From Dehalococcoidia bacterium (GTDB lineage Bacteria > Chloroflexota > Dehalococcoidia > Lucifugimonadales > QGNO01), in NCBI GenBank assembly GCA_965220545.1, contig CBDCQF010000011.1, positions 287,098-351,097 on the forward strand: a DNA stretch of 64,000 nucleotides, in the 5' to 3' direction. A program made the translations under genes and the position numbers. The notes under the pieces are model-generated. The model ran no database searches. It worked only from the letters and a program-made list of their open reading frames with translations, and had not been told where the DNA came from. Shown here in pieces: positions 1 to 8,464 of this stretch (position 1 is its first letter; each line of letters opens with the position of its first letter).

Positions 1-1731
1 AACGGCATATCGCCCGCCTATATCCGACGGGTTGATGAAGACCCGGCGGAAACCTTCCTCCTTTCCCAGCCGTTCCAGGGGGGAGTTCGGGTCGGTGATG
101 GTGGCGAAGTTCGCTCCCGCTTTCTCCGCGCCCATCGATTCTTCCACCAAGCTCCGGTAGTAGCGGTAGCCCGAAATCGTTTCCAGTGTACCGCCCGACT
201 TGGAGGAGACCAGGAACAGGGTCCTGGACACGTCTACGGTCCGGTTGACGGCCTGAATCCAGTCGGGGACGGTGGTGTCCAGAGTGATAGGCTCAGGGTA
301 ACCGGGGGCGCTGCCGAAGGTCTGCCACAGCACCTCCGCTCCCAGGCTGCTGCCGCCCATGCCGAGCAGGACAACGTGGCGGTAACCGGCCTCCTTGACC
401 TCATCGGCAAAGCTGTGCAGAGCGGGCGCCTGGCCGGCCATCGATTCGGTGACGTTGAGCCATCCCAGGCGGTCGCTGATCTCGGTGGGGTCCGGCTTCC
501 ATACGGTGTGGTCTTTGGCCCAGATGCGCTTGATCGCCTCTTTGTCCTGCAGATCGCGCAGCGCGGCTTCTACGTCCGGCAGGTGGTCGCCGAGAGAGGA
601 GGTTGGAGGCGAGGGAAGCTGAGCGGTGAGCTTGGCCATCTTCTCGCTGATGTTGGCCAGCAGCGTGTCAAAGGAGTCGGCGAACGATTTCACCCCGTCA
701 GCCAGAAGTTTGTCCGTGACCTGATCCATGCTGATGCCCGCCTCTTCCAGGGCCTGCAGGTGTTCTTCCGCCTGGTCGGTTCCTTGCTCCAGGGTAAGCC
801 CGGGGGTGCCGTACTCCAGAAGCGCCGTCAGCGTAGCGGGCGGCAGGGTGTCCACCGTGTCGGGGCCTATCAGCGCCTCCACGTACATGAGGTCGCTGTA
901 GGCGGGGTTCTTGGTGCTGGTGCTGGCCCAGAGCGGCCTCTGCGGGCGCGCCTGCTTGCCCTTCAAGCCGGCAAAGCGCTCCTCGCCGAAGACCTGCTGG
1001 AACTCCCGGTAGGCCAGCTTGGCGTTGGCGATGGCCGCCTTGCCCATGAGCGCCTTCACGTCCGGCTCTCCCTGGCGCATGCGCTCTTCGAGGAGAGCAT
1101 CCACGGCGGTATCGACCCTGCTCACGAAGAACGAGGCCACGGAGGCTATGCGTGAGGGGTCGCCGCCGCCAGCGATGTACTCTTCCAGGCCCGCAATGTA
1201 GGCCTCCATCACCTGGCGGTAGGCTTCCAGCGAGAAGATGAGGGTGACGTTGATGTTGATGCCCTCGCTTATGAGCTGGCGGACAGCGGGAATGCCCTCC
1301 GCGGTGGCGGGGACCTTTATCATTACGTTGGGCTTGTCCAGCGCGCCGAAGAGACGGCGCGCCTCCGCCGTAGTGCCAGCCGTATCGTGGGCCAGCTTGG
1401 GGCTTACCTCCAGCGAGGCGTAGCCGTCGACTCCGCCTGTGCGTTCGTAGATGGGGCGGAGCAGGTCGGCAGTGTTGCGTATGTCCTCGATGACCAGCGC
1501 TTCGTAGCTTTCGTCCACTGACTTGTCGGAGCGGGCCAGCTCGGTGAGGGCTTCGTCGTAATCCGTGCTTCCCGCTATCGCTTTCTCGAATATGGTTGGG
1601 TTGGAGGTGAGGCCGGTCACGCCCATTTCGATGAGGTGTTTCAGTTCCCCCGAATCGAGCAAGCCGCGCCGTATGTTGTCGTACCAGATGGACTGGCCCA
1701 GCCGCTGGACGTCTTGGACGGGATTACTCAT
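1..1731 (-). CDS. bifunctional transaldolase / glucose-6-phosphate isomerase (3' end runs off the window)
   Basis: Absent from the ORF track because there is no stop in the window. My minus-strand translation starts at ATG (comp. 1729-1731) behind AGGAGG. It gives MSNPVQDVQRLGQSIWYDNIRRGLL..TSNPTIFEKAI..NVMIKVPAT (transaldolase). It continues in frame for 577 codons to ..SKSGGTLET..DIGGRYAV (PGI signatures) at position 1. Confidence 0.85.
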   Translation of the reverse strand, partial: MSNPVQDVQRLGQSIWYDNIRRGLLDSGELKHLIEMGVTGLTSNPTIFEKAIAGSTDYDEALTELARSDKSVDESYEALVIEDIRNTADLLRPIYERTGGVDGYASLEVSPKLAHDTAGTTAEARRLFGALDKPNVMIKVPATAEGIPAVRQLISEGININVTLIFSLEAYRQVMEAYIAGLEEYIAGGGDPSRIASVASFFVSRVDTAVDALLEERMRQGEPDVKALMGKAAIANAKLAYREFQQVFGEERFAGLKGKQARPQRPLWASTSTKNPAYSDLMYVEALIGPDTVDTLPPATLTALLEYGTPGLTLEQGTDQAEEHLQALEEAGISMDQVTDKLLADGVKSFADSFDTLLANISEKMAKLTAQLPSPPTSSLGDHLPDVEAALRDLQDKEAIKRIWAKDHTVWKPDPTEISDRLGWLNVTESMAGQAPALHSFADEVKEAGYRHVVLLGMGGSSLGAEVLWQTFGSAPGYPEPITLDTTVPDWIQAVNRTVDVSRTLFLVSSKSGGTLETISGYRYYRSLVEESMGAEKAGANFATITDPNSPLERLGKEEGFRRVFINPSDIGGRYAV

Positions 1732-1892
1732 TGGGCCCTCCTTGTGAAAGCTTGGGGTTTCCTCCGGTATTGCTAATACTTTATAGGATTCCGTGGTGGG
1801 GAGAAAGGGTGTGGTTGGGGGGATGGTTTTTCTTCCATAAGTCTGAGTTTGTTCCAAAGCAGGTTTAGTCCCCTATCATAAAACGTAGGGTA

Positions 1893-1898
1893 TATAAT
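1893..1898 (+). promoter_or_regulatory. candidate -10 box (TATAAT) upstream of darT
   Basis: TATAAT sits in an AT-rich intergenic region about 100 nt upstream of the darT GTG. There is no good -35. It overlaps inverted repeats AATCCT/AGGATT (1896-1916) and CTTTGCA/TGCAAAG (1900-1931). Confidence 0.3.
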
Positions 1899-2000
1899 CC
1901 TTTGCAAGAGAGGATTGTTACAAATGCAAAGCTGCCGTATCGAGACAGAAGAAACCCAAAGCAAAGGGTATGTGGCTTTCTCCTGTACTGAGGGTTAGTC

Positions 2001-2657
2001 GTGCTTGTGCCAACAGAGCCCAAGATATATCACATCGTTCACGTAACCAATTTAGCCTCAATTGTCTCGGAAGGATGCTTGTGGTCTGATGCTGAAGTTC
2101 AAAGGCGCGGACTTGTTGGAACCACGATTGGAATGAACAGTATAAAGGAGCGTCGACTGGGGCTGACGCTGGCTAGTCATCCTGGTCTTCAGCTAGGTGA
2201 CTGTGTCCCCTTCTATTTCTGTCCCCGTTCAGTTATGCTCTACGTGATTTATAAGGGAAACCACCCTGAGTTGGAGTACACGGGTGGAGAGGATCCTATC
2301 GTGCATCTGGAGGCGGACTTGCGCCAGACCGTGGACTGGGCAGCATTACATGGTAACCGATGGGCATTCACTTCTTCCAACGCTGGATCCCGCTACTTCG
2401 AAGACTACGCCGACCTTGCTCAACTGGACAAGATCAACTGGGATGCGGTCAACGCTACCCAGTGGTCAGGAATTGGGGTTGATAGCTCGGTGAAGGAAGG
2501 CAAGCAAGCTGAGTTCTTGGTGGAGAATTCGTTCACATGGGACTTGGTTTCTCGAATTGGCGTCAAATCGCAACGGTTGTACACGACCGTCCAAAATGTA
2601 CTGCAAGGATCACATTATCGACCGCCAGTAGAGATCAAACCGGATTGGTACTATTGA
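2001..2657 (+). CDS. darT: DarT, ssDNA thymidine ADP-ribosyltransferase toxin (DUF4433 family)
   Basis: 218-aa ORF. N-terminal KIYHIVHVTNL, central VPFYFCPRSVMLY, catalytic-region KQAEFLV and C-terminal PDWYY match my memory of characterised DarT proteins. A macrodomain gene follows 16 nt downstream. Confidence 0.85.
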   Translation: MLVPTEPKIYHIVHVTNLASIVSEGCLWSDAEVQRRGLVGTTIGMNSIKERRLGLTLASHPGLQLGDCVPFYFCPRSVMLYVIYKGNHPELEYTGGEDPIVHLEADLRQTVDWAALHGNRWAFTSSNAGSRYFEDYADLAQLDKINWDAVNATQWSGIGVDSSVKEGKQAEFLVENSFTWDLVSRIGVKSQRLYTTVQNVLQGSHYRPPVEIKPDWYY

Positions 2658-2672
2658 CTGAGGAAGAGATGT

Positions 2673-3734
2673 ATGATCGAGCATAAGACGGGGGATATTT
2701 TTCAAGAGGACGTCGAAGCCCTTGTCAACAGTGTCAACTGCGTTGGGGTCATGGGTCGTGGCATTGCTCTCCAGTTCAAGAAGGCCTTCCCCTTGAATTT
2801 CAAGGCTTACGCTGATGCGTGTAGACGCGGCGAAATTCGACCCGGTCGAATGTTCGTGTTCGACACTGAGCAGATGATAGGAGGCCCGCGCTACATAATT
2901 AACTTCCCGACGAAGCGCCACTGGCGCGGCAAAAGCCGTATAGAGGACATAGACGCAGGGCTAGACGCGCTGGTTCGGGAGATACAAGAACGTAACATAC
3001 GCTCCATCGCCATCCCGCCTCTAGGAACCAACCTAGGAGGTCTCAGGTGGAACGACGTCCGTCCGCGTATTGAGAACGCCTTAAAGGACATCGATGATGT
3101 GATAGTCATGCTGTATGAGCCTGGCGGTGGTCCGGTGGACGAGAAGCCGAATCGGTCCAAGAGGGTACCTGAGATGACTCGCGGACGGGCAGCTCTAGTT
3201 GAGTTGATGAACCGTTACCTACATGCCTTATTGGATCCGTTCCTGACCCTGTTGGAAATCCACAAGCTCATGTACTTCATGCAGAAGGCTGGCGAGCCCT
3301 TGCGACTGAGGTTTCAGAAGGGTCACTACGGTCCATATGCAGAGAACCTGCGACATGCCCTCAGAGATATAGAGGGGCACCTTATTTCGGGCTATGCCGA
3401 TGGAGGCGACGCGCCAAGCAAGCAGATCGAGATAGTACCGGGAGCAGTTGATGATGCCGCAGCGTTCCTTGCTAAGTACCCAAGGACGCGAGAACGCCTG
3501 GCACGGGTTTTTGAGTTGGTTGAGGGGTTCGAGTCTTCCTTCGGACTTGAACTGCTGGCTACGGCGCATTGGGTTGCGACTGAGCACCAAGTCTACACGG
3601 ATGATGAAGTCATTGCTTACACCTACGCGTGGAACCCCAATAAGCGGCAGTTCTCGGAACGTCAGATAAAGCTGGCTCTTCAAGCATTAAGGGAGAAGGG
3701 CTGGCTTGTCCATCCCCCAAAGACGGGTAGGTGA
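2673..3734 (+). CDS. darG: DarG antitoxin: N-terminal macrodomain plus C-terminal Panacea-like domain
   Basis: 353 aa. N-terminus GDIFQEDVEALVNSVNCVGVMGRGIALQFKKAFP..IAIPPLGTNLGG is a macrodomain (ADP-ribose hydrolase). The C-terminal half contains KLMYFMQKAG..GHYGPYAENL. The gene is tightly coupled to darT. Confidence 0.85.
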   Translation: MIEHKTGDIFQEDVEALVNSVNCVGVMGRGIALQFKKAFPLNFKAYADACRRGEIRPGRMFVFDTEQMIGGPRYIINFPTKRHWRGKSRIEDIDAGLDALVREIQERNIRSIAIPPLGTNLGGLRWNDVRPRIENALKDIDDVIVMLYEPGGGPVDEKPNRSKRVPEMTRGRAALVELMNRYLHALLDPFLTLLEIHKLMYFMQKAGEPLRLRFQKGHYGPYAENLRHALRDIEGHLISGYADGGDAPSKQIEIVPGAVDDAAAFLAKYPRTRERLARVFELVEGFESSFGLELLATAHWVATEHQVYTDDEVIAYTYAWNPNKRQFSERQIKLALQALREKGWLVHPPKTGR

Positions 3735-3809
3735 CCCTATGACGGGCTGGAGGAGTGCTTGGTCGCGTAAGTGTCTCGTCGGACGCTATGGTCAGCCGCA
3801 GCACGTTCA

Positions 3810-3838
3810 TTGACACCGCTTTCCCGTAAAGATATGCT
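3810..3838 (+). promoter_or_regulatory. candidate sigma70-type promoter (TTGACA-17-TATGCT)
   Basis: TTGACA at 3810-3815, a 17-nt spacer and TATGCT at 3833-3838, about 35 nt upstream of the 3872 start. Confidence 0.35.
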
Positions 3839-3871
3839 CCGCTTGACCTGAGACCAAGCTAGGAGGCGGCC

Positions 3872-4393
3872 ATGGCAGAGGAGAAGACCCAAGATGAAAT
3901 GCCGGTCTGGACCTGGGAGATGTTCAAGCCCGGTATAGAATCGCCGCCCATGACTATGCCGGTGACCCGCGAGTCCATCGCGAACTACGCCAAGTCGGTG
4001 CTGAACAACAACCCCATCTACTTTGACGACGAGGCGGCCAAGGCGGAGGGGTACGACGGTGTATTCGCGGCGCCCACCATGGTGTTCGCCTACGCGCCCA
4101 TGCAGCGCTGGGAGATGTTCAACTCGCTGGGCTATCTCTCCCCCGAGCAAACGAGCGAACCCAGAAGCACGCCCTTTGTGGGCGCGGAGATCGACTTCCA
4201 GGAGGTTCCTGTCTACGCCGGAGACGAGGTGACAAGCGTTACCTCCGTTCATCGGACGTGGGAAAGCCGCTCAGGCAACAAGTTCGTATCGTTCCGCGTG
4301 GTGGGGCACAACCAGCGCGGGGAGAAGGTGTGCGATTACCTTTACAACATCATCTGGGAGTACGCCAGGGGCAGAAAGGTGCGCCAGAGTTAA
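3872..4393 (+). CDS. MaoC-like hotdog-fold protein (N-terminal-type dehydratase subunit)
   Basis: 173 aa, RBS AGGAGG upstream. It resembles the FAS1-DH/MaoC_N family (..NPIYFDDEAAKAEGYDGVFAAPTM..). It is paired with a second hotdog gene, as in HadA/HadB-type heterodimers. Confidence 0.7.
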   Translation: MAEEKTQDEMPVWTWEMFKPGIESPPMTMPVTRESIANYAKSVLNNNPIYFDDEAAKAEGYDGVFAAPTMVFAYAPMQRWEMFNSLGYLSPEQTSEPRSTPFVGAEIDFQEVPVYAGDEVTSVTSVHRTWESRSGNKFVSFRVVGHNQRGEKVCDYLYNIIWEYARGRKVRQS

Positions 4394-4404
4394 GGAGTGG
4401 GCCA

Positions 4405-4854
4405 ATGTTAGTTGAGGCAGCGACAGTCAGTTTCGATTCCATCAATGTAGGCGACCAGCTTCCCACCATGCAGAAGTCGGAGACGCAGCAGGACATCGAT
4501 AACTACCTGATTTTGAACGAGCGTCCCGAGCGCGAGATAGAGGGCATGAACCTTCACATCGATAGCGAGTTCGCCGAGCAGGGCATCTTCGGTTCGATGG
4601 TGAACTATGGCGTCAGCACGTGCGGGTTCATGGTCGAGCTTCTGCAGATGGCGTTCCCCACGAGAAACGTCAGCCAGGGGAGTTTCAGCATGCGAGCCCT
4701 GGAACCCATTCAGGCCAACGACGTGGTTACCTACACGGGTGAAGTGATAGACAAGCGCGAAGAAGAAGGCAAGAGCTCGGTGGACGTTGAAGTGAGGGGC
4801 GTGAACCAGATGGGTCAAACGGTTGCGGTGGCCAAGGCCACAGTGCCGCTCTGA
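4405..4854 (+). CDS. MaoC family (R)-specific enoyl-CoA hydratase/dehydratase subunit
   Basis: I chose ATG at 4405 (behind AAGGAG) rather than the 4258 ORF start, which would overlap the preceding gene. The product MLVEAATVSFDSINVGDQLP..LHIDSEFAEQGIFGSMVNYG is a hotdog fold. Confidence 0.7.
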   Translation: MLVEAATVSFDSINVGDQLPTMQKSETQQDIDNYLILNERPEREIEGMNLHIDSEFAEQGIFGSMVNYGVSTCGFMVELLQMAFPTRNVSQGSFSMRALEPIQANDVVTYTGEVIDKREEEGKSSVDVEVRGVNQMGQTVAVAKATVPL

Positions 4855-4862
4855 GCTTAGAC

Positions 4863-5978
4863 ATGACCGTACAAGGCAACCTGGATTCACTGAGGCGCGA
4901 GGTAGAGGCCAGCGATTTCGATGCCGTCGTGGCGATGTCGCCGGAGAACGTTCCCTATACGTCCGGCGTTCTGCTTTGGACGCAGCGCTCCATCCGCGAC
5001 AGGCTGGCGCTGGTGGTCTGGCCCAAGGATGGTTCTCCCACCCTGATAGTGGCTACCCAGGAAGAGGGCTACTGCAGGGAGAAGGGCTGGATAGAGGACA
5101 TCCGGGGCTACGTGCAACACGTCAAGTCGCCCATAGACGTGCTGGCGGAGGTGCTGCAGGAAAAGGGACTGTCGGCGGGGCGCATAGGCTTCGAGCCGAG
5201 CTACCTTAGCGTCGACTTCCACGAAGAGCTGGTCGCCGCCCTGCCCGAGGCGCAGTTTCAGGCATGCGAGAATCTCCTGGATCGGGTTCGCATGGTAAAG
5301 AGCGTCTCCGAGATAGAGGTGCTGAAGCGAGCCGCCGTCGCCACGGAACGTGCCCTGATGGCCACTTACGCGACCATCAAGCCGGGAGACGTGGAGTCGG
5401 ACCTGGTGGCCCGCCTGGGCAGCGAGATCCTGCGCGGCGGCGCGGAGCTTCCCGCTTTCCTCTATCTGACCACCGGCCCCAACACCGGCCACGCCCATCC
5501 CGATCCGACGGACTACCGCATCCAGCCCGGCGACCTGGTGAAGACGGACTGCGGCGGCTATTTCTCGGGCTACTATTCCGACGTGGCGCGCACCGCCGTA
5601 CTGGGCAAGGCCACGGCGGAGCAGAAGTCCATCTACGAGCGCATATACCAGGTGCACGTGGAGACCCTGGATTCGATGAGGCCCGGCGCGCTGGCCAGCG
5701 ACGTGTTCAAGGCGGCGGTGGCAGGCTACAAGCGCGCGGACATATCGTTCTCACTGTCCTTCGCCGGTCACGGCGTGGGCTACGCCATCCACGAAACGCC
5801 CATGCTTGCCGCGGACGACGATACGCCTCTGCGACCGGGCATGTTCTTTTCCCTGGAGACAAGGGTTCGCTGGCCGGGGCAGGCGGGCTACCACATAGAG
5901 GATGCGGTGCTCATCACGGAGGACGGCCCTGAGCTGGTGACCAATTTCATGGACACGTCCCGTCTGATGGAGCTGTGA
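4863..5978 (+). CDS. M24 family metallopeptidase (Xaa-Pro peptidase / creatinase-like)
   Basis: 371 aa with a creatinase-like N-domain and a pita-bread C-domain (..DCGGYFSGYYSDVART..GHGVGYAIHETP..YHIEDAVLITEDG). Confidence 0.8.
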   Translation: MTVQGNLDSLRREVEASDFDAVVAMSPENVPYTSGVLLWTQRSIRDRLALVVWPKDGSPTLIVATQEEGYCREKGWIEDIRGYVQHVKSPIDVLAEVLQEKGLSAGRIGFEPSYLSVDFHEELVAALPEAQFQACENLLDRVRMVKSVSEIEVLKRAAVATERALMATYATIKPGDVESDLVARLGSEILRGGAELPAFLYLTTGPNTGHAHPDPTDYRIQPGDLVKTDCGGYFSGYYSDVARTAVLGKATAEQKSIYERIYQVHVETLDSMRPGALASDVFKAAVAGYKRADISFSLSFAGHGVGYAIHETPMLAADDDTPLRPGMFFSLETRVRWPGQAGYHIEDAVLITEDGPELVTNFMDTSRLMEL

Positions 5979-5997
5979 GGGCGCGGTAACAAGAACT

Positions 5998-6030
5998 CGC
6001 TCATGGTGAGCTTGTCGAACCAGATGAGCG
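5998..6030. repeat. palindromic dispersed repeat, family A unit
   Basis: CGCTCATGGTGAGCTTGTCGAACCAGATGAGCG has terminal arms GCTCAT/ATGAGC. It is near-identical to 59855-59889 and to the reverse complement of 50631-50663. Confidence 0.75.
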
Positions 6031-6128
6031 AATAGACTGCCGGTGTAGTTCCCCCGCTCACACTCATGTCTAAACTCCCCATCAGTGGTAGTCCATGACT
6101 TCCACGTCGTACGGTCCGTGTCGAGGTC

Positions 6129-6248
6129 CTAAGAGGCTCGGCCTCTCCAGTCCATATACCTCTGCACGGCGTCCGCCTTACTCACCGCCGTGCTCTTCTG
6201 GGCCTTCTTGCGGGCCTTGTTCTTCTTCTTTGGCTTCTTCTTGCTCAT
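6129..6248 (-). CDS. possible small Lys-rich basic protein (39 aa)
   Basis: Below the ORF-track size cutoff. My minus-strand translation gives MSKKKPKKKNKARKKAQKSTAVSKADAVQRYMDWRGRAS*. The RBS is weak and I recognise no family. Confidence 0.2.
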   Translation of the reverse strand: MSKKKPKKKNKARKKAQKSTAVSKADAVQRYMDWRGRAS

Positions 6249-6280
6249 CTCTTGTCCCTACAGTATCGAGATGTCCTTTC

Positions 6281-7405
6281 TTACCCCAACTTCTGCACCG
6301 TGCCCGTCTCTGCGGCAACCTCTATGGCGTTTAGCAGCCGGTGGTGCTTCAAGGCGTGTTCGAAGTCAGGGTGCACCGGTTTGCCGTGGAGCATGCCGTC
6401 GGAGAGGCGGCGGTAGAGCTGAGCGATGTTGAACGGCGGCCCACCGGGCACTGAGTCGGGGACGAATGTATGCCTGCTGGGTATGGGAATCTCTTGGAAA
6501 GCGGCCTCGCCCACGTATCTATAGGAGTCGCCCACCTCCTGCCGTCGTGCGCCGCGTAGAACAACCTCTCCGTACTGCAGCATGAGCGTGGAGGTGGCGA
6601 TCAAGCTGCCTTCCGTGCCGTAGACCTGCATGCGCCAGCCGGGAGCGGGACCCGGCGCGGCGGCGACGTGCACGGAGGCAAGGCAGCCGCTTTTAAGCAC
6701 GCCGTTGACCAGGATGTTGTCCGGCGCATCCACGGAGACGTCCTCACCCGTATCGCTGACGTGCCAGGTCGGGACCTGGGTGCGAACGTAGCTCGACAGC
6801 TCGGCAAAATCGCCGAGGCAGAAGCAGAGGGCGTCGATGGAGTGGCCGCTGTGGATGCTGAGCACGTTGCCGCCCTGCTTGCGGTCGCCTTCCCAGGCGT
6901 TCACGCTGTCGCGCTCGCGGCTGGTGAGGAACATGGTCATGGAGCAACTGAGCGGTGTGCCCACGTACCCCTCGTCGACGAGCTCTTTCAGGTGCATAAC
7001 CCCCGGCGATACCCTGGCTTGCAGCCCCACGATGTTGGGAATGTTTTTTTCGACGGCCAGCGCCGTCATTTCCTCGGCCTGCTGCACGCTGGCAGCCAGA
7101 GGCCATTCGGTGAACACCGGTTTGCTGGCGCGCAGAGCCGCCATGGTCATCTCGTAGTGAAGCGGCGCCTTCACGCTGACGCAGACCAGGTCCACCTCTG
7201 GGTTGGCTATCAGCTCGCGGTAATCGTGGTGGGCGTGCTTTACGCCTAGCTGCTCGGCGGCGCGGGCGGCGGTCTCGGGACGGGAAGTGCCCACCGCGAC
7301 CAGCTCGTACTCAGGCAGGGCTTCGATTGCGGGTGCATGGGCGCGTCCGCCCCAACCGTACGCTGCGCTTGCGCCAAGGACACCGACTCTAATCTTCTCA
7401 ACCAT
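6281..7405 (-). CDS. Gfo/Idh/MocA family oxidoreductase
   Basis: Rossmann N-terminus KIRVGVLGAS..ELVAV, then a typical ..EWPLA.. motif. The start is set at the second ATG (MVEK) because AAGGAG lies 5 nt upstream. Confidence 0.8.
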   Translation of the reverse strand: MVEKIRVGVLGASAAYGWGGRAHAPAIEALPEYELVAVGTSRPETAARAAEQLGVKHAHHDYRELIANPEVDLVCVSVKAPLHYEMTMAALRASKPVFTEWPLAASVQQAEEMTALAVEKNIPNIVGLQARVSPGVMHLKELVDEGYVGTPLSCSMTMFLTSRERDSVNAWEGDRKQGGNVLSIHSGHSIDALCFCLGDFAELSSYVRTQVPTWHVSDTGEDVSVDAPDNILVNGVLKSGCLASVHVAAAPGPAPGWRMQVYGTEGSLIATSTLMLQYGEVVLRGARRQEVGDSYRYVGEAAFQEIPIPSRHTFVPDSVPGGPPFNIAQLYRRLSDGMLHGKPVHPDFEHALKHHRLLNAIEVAAETGTVQKLG

Positions 7406-7524
7406 GTTCACTCCTTGTCAGGGATTTGTAGCGGAACTAGACATGGCAAGTATGCACGCAAATCCCCGTTTTTGCTAATCCCCAATCTGGAATTGGTCTG
7501 TGAAAAGGGATTCAGCGGACAGAG

Positions 7525-7562
7525 GCTCTGGATTCTTCGCCTTAGGCTCAGAATTGACAGTT
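7525..7562. repeat. dispersed repeat, family B (GGATTCTTCGC...CTCAGAAT(T/G)GAC)
   Basis: GGCTCTGGATTCTTCGCCTTAGGCTCAGAATTGACAG resembles 51471-51526 and 52312-52355. Confidence 0.55.
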
Positions 7563-7659
7563 GCGTGTTTTTGCCAAATAAGACTAGCACGGCGCTATAA
7601 AGAAGATGCTATGATTAGCTGCGCGGTGGCTCATCCGACACACTACGACTAGGAAAGCC

Positions 7660-8451
7660 ATGGAATACAAGCAGCTGGGAAACACCAAAGTTATAGTACC
7701 GGATATAGGCCTGGGCACCTGGGCCTACACAGGGGGGCCCGGCCCTCTTCTCAGGGGCATCGAGCTGGGCGCCAATCTGGTGGACACGGCGGAATCGTAC
7801 GGCACGGAGGAGGCGGTAGGCCTAGCCATCAGGGATGTGCGAGATAAGGTGCTGCTGGCTACCAAGGTATCGCCGGAGCACTTCCGCCGCGACGACGTTT
7901 TGAAGGCGGCGGACGGGAGCTTGTCGCGATTGGGCGTGGACTACATAGACCTGTACCAGCTGCACTGGCCCAACCCGAGCATCCCCATAGAGGAGACCAT
8001 GGAGGCCATGGAATCGCTGGTTAAGGCGGGGAAGGTGCGCTACATAGGGGTGAGCAACTTCTCAGCGAGCCAGGTGAAGGCGGCTCAGGCGGCTCTTTCC
8101 AAGGCGAAGATAGTATCCAACCAGGTGGAGTACAGCCTGGTTAAGAGGGCGGTGGAAAGGGAGTCACTGGCCTACTGCCAGCAGAACGACATCACCGTCA
8201 TTGCCTACAGTCCCCTGGCCGTGGGCATGCGCAATATAACCAACAGAGACCGCCAGGGCGCCCTGAGCAGAGTAGCCGCCGAAACGGAAAGGTCGGAGGC
8301 CAACGTGGCGTTGAACTGGCTCATCTCCCAGCCTGGGGTCGTTGCCATTCCCAAGGCCAACTCGGTAGGGCACGTTGAGGATAACTGCGCCGCGTCGGGA
8401 TGGCGATTGTCGGAAAGGCAGACGAATATGCTGAGCCAGGCGTTCAGCTAG
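7660..8451 (+). CDS. aldo/keto reductase
   Basis: 263 aa with ..GLGTW..DTAESYG..YIDLYQLHWP.. motifs. Confidence 0.85.
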   Translation: MEYKQLGNTKVIVPDIGLGTWAYTGGPGPLLRGIELGANLVDTAESYGTEEAVGLAIRDVRDKVLLATKVSPEHFRRDDVLKAADGSLSRLGVDYIDLYQLHWPNPSIPIEETMEAMESLVKAGKVRYIGVSNFSASQVKAAQAALSKAKIVSNQVEYSLVKRAVERESLAYCQQNDITVIAYSPLAVGMRNITNRDRQGALSRVAAETERSEANVALNWLISQPGVVAIPKANSVGHVEDNCAASGWRLSERQTNMLSQAFS

Positions 8452-8464
8452 CGCGGGAGCGGTC

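Noticed and set aside
376-1155. A 259-aa plus-strand ORF at the start of the window.
   Set aside because: The opposite strand encodes an uninterrupted transaldolase/PGI fusion with canonical motifs. That gene is missing from the track only because it has no stop in the window.
3816-3830. A shared CTTT(C/G)CCCGTAAA motif inside the spacers of the two promoter-like sites at 3810 and 26404, considered as a possible common operator.
   Set aside because: There are only two copies. The motif is offset by 3 nt relative to the -35 box between the two sites. A 12-mer match is expected by chance many times in a window of this size.
4258-4404. The longest-ORF 5' extensions at 4258, 24753, 34964, 31838, 19061 and 15510.
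   Set aside because: Each extension overlaps the preceding gene or a regulatory region. Each lacks an RBS, whereas an internal start with a clear Shine-Dalgarno sequence and a family-typical N-terminus is available.
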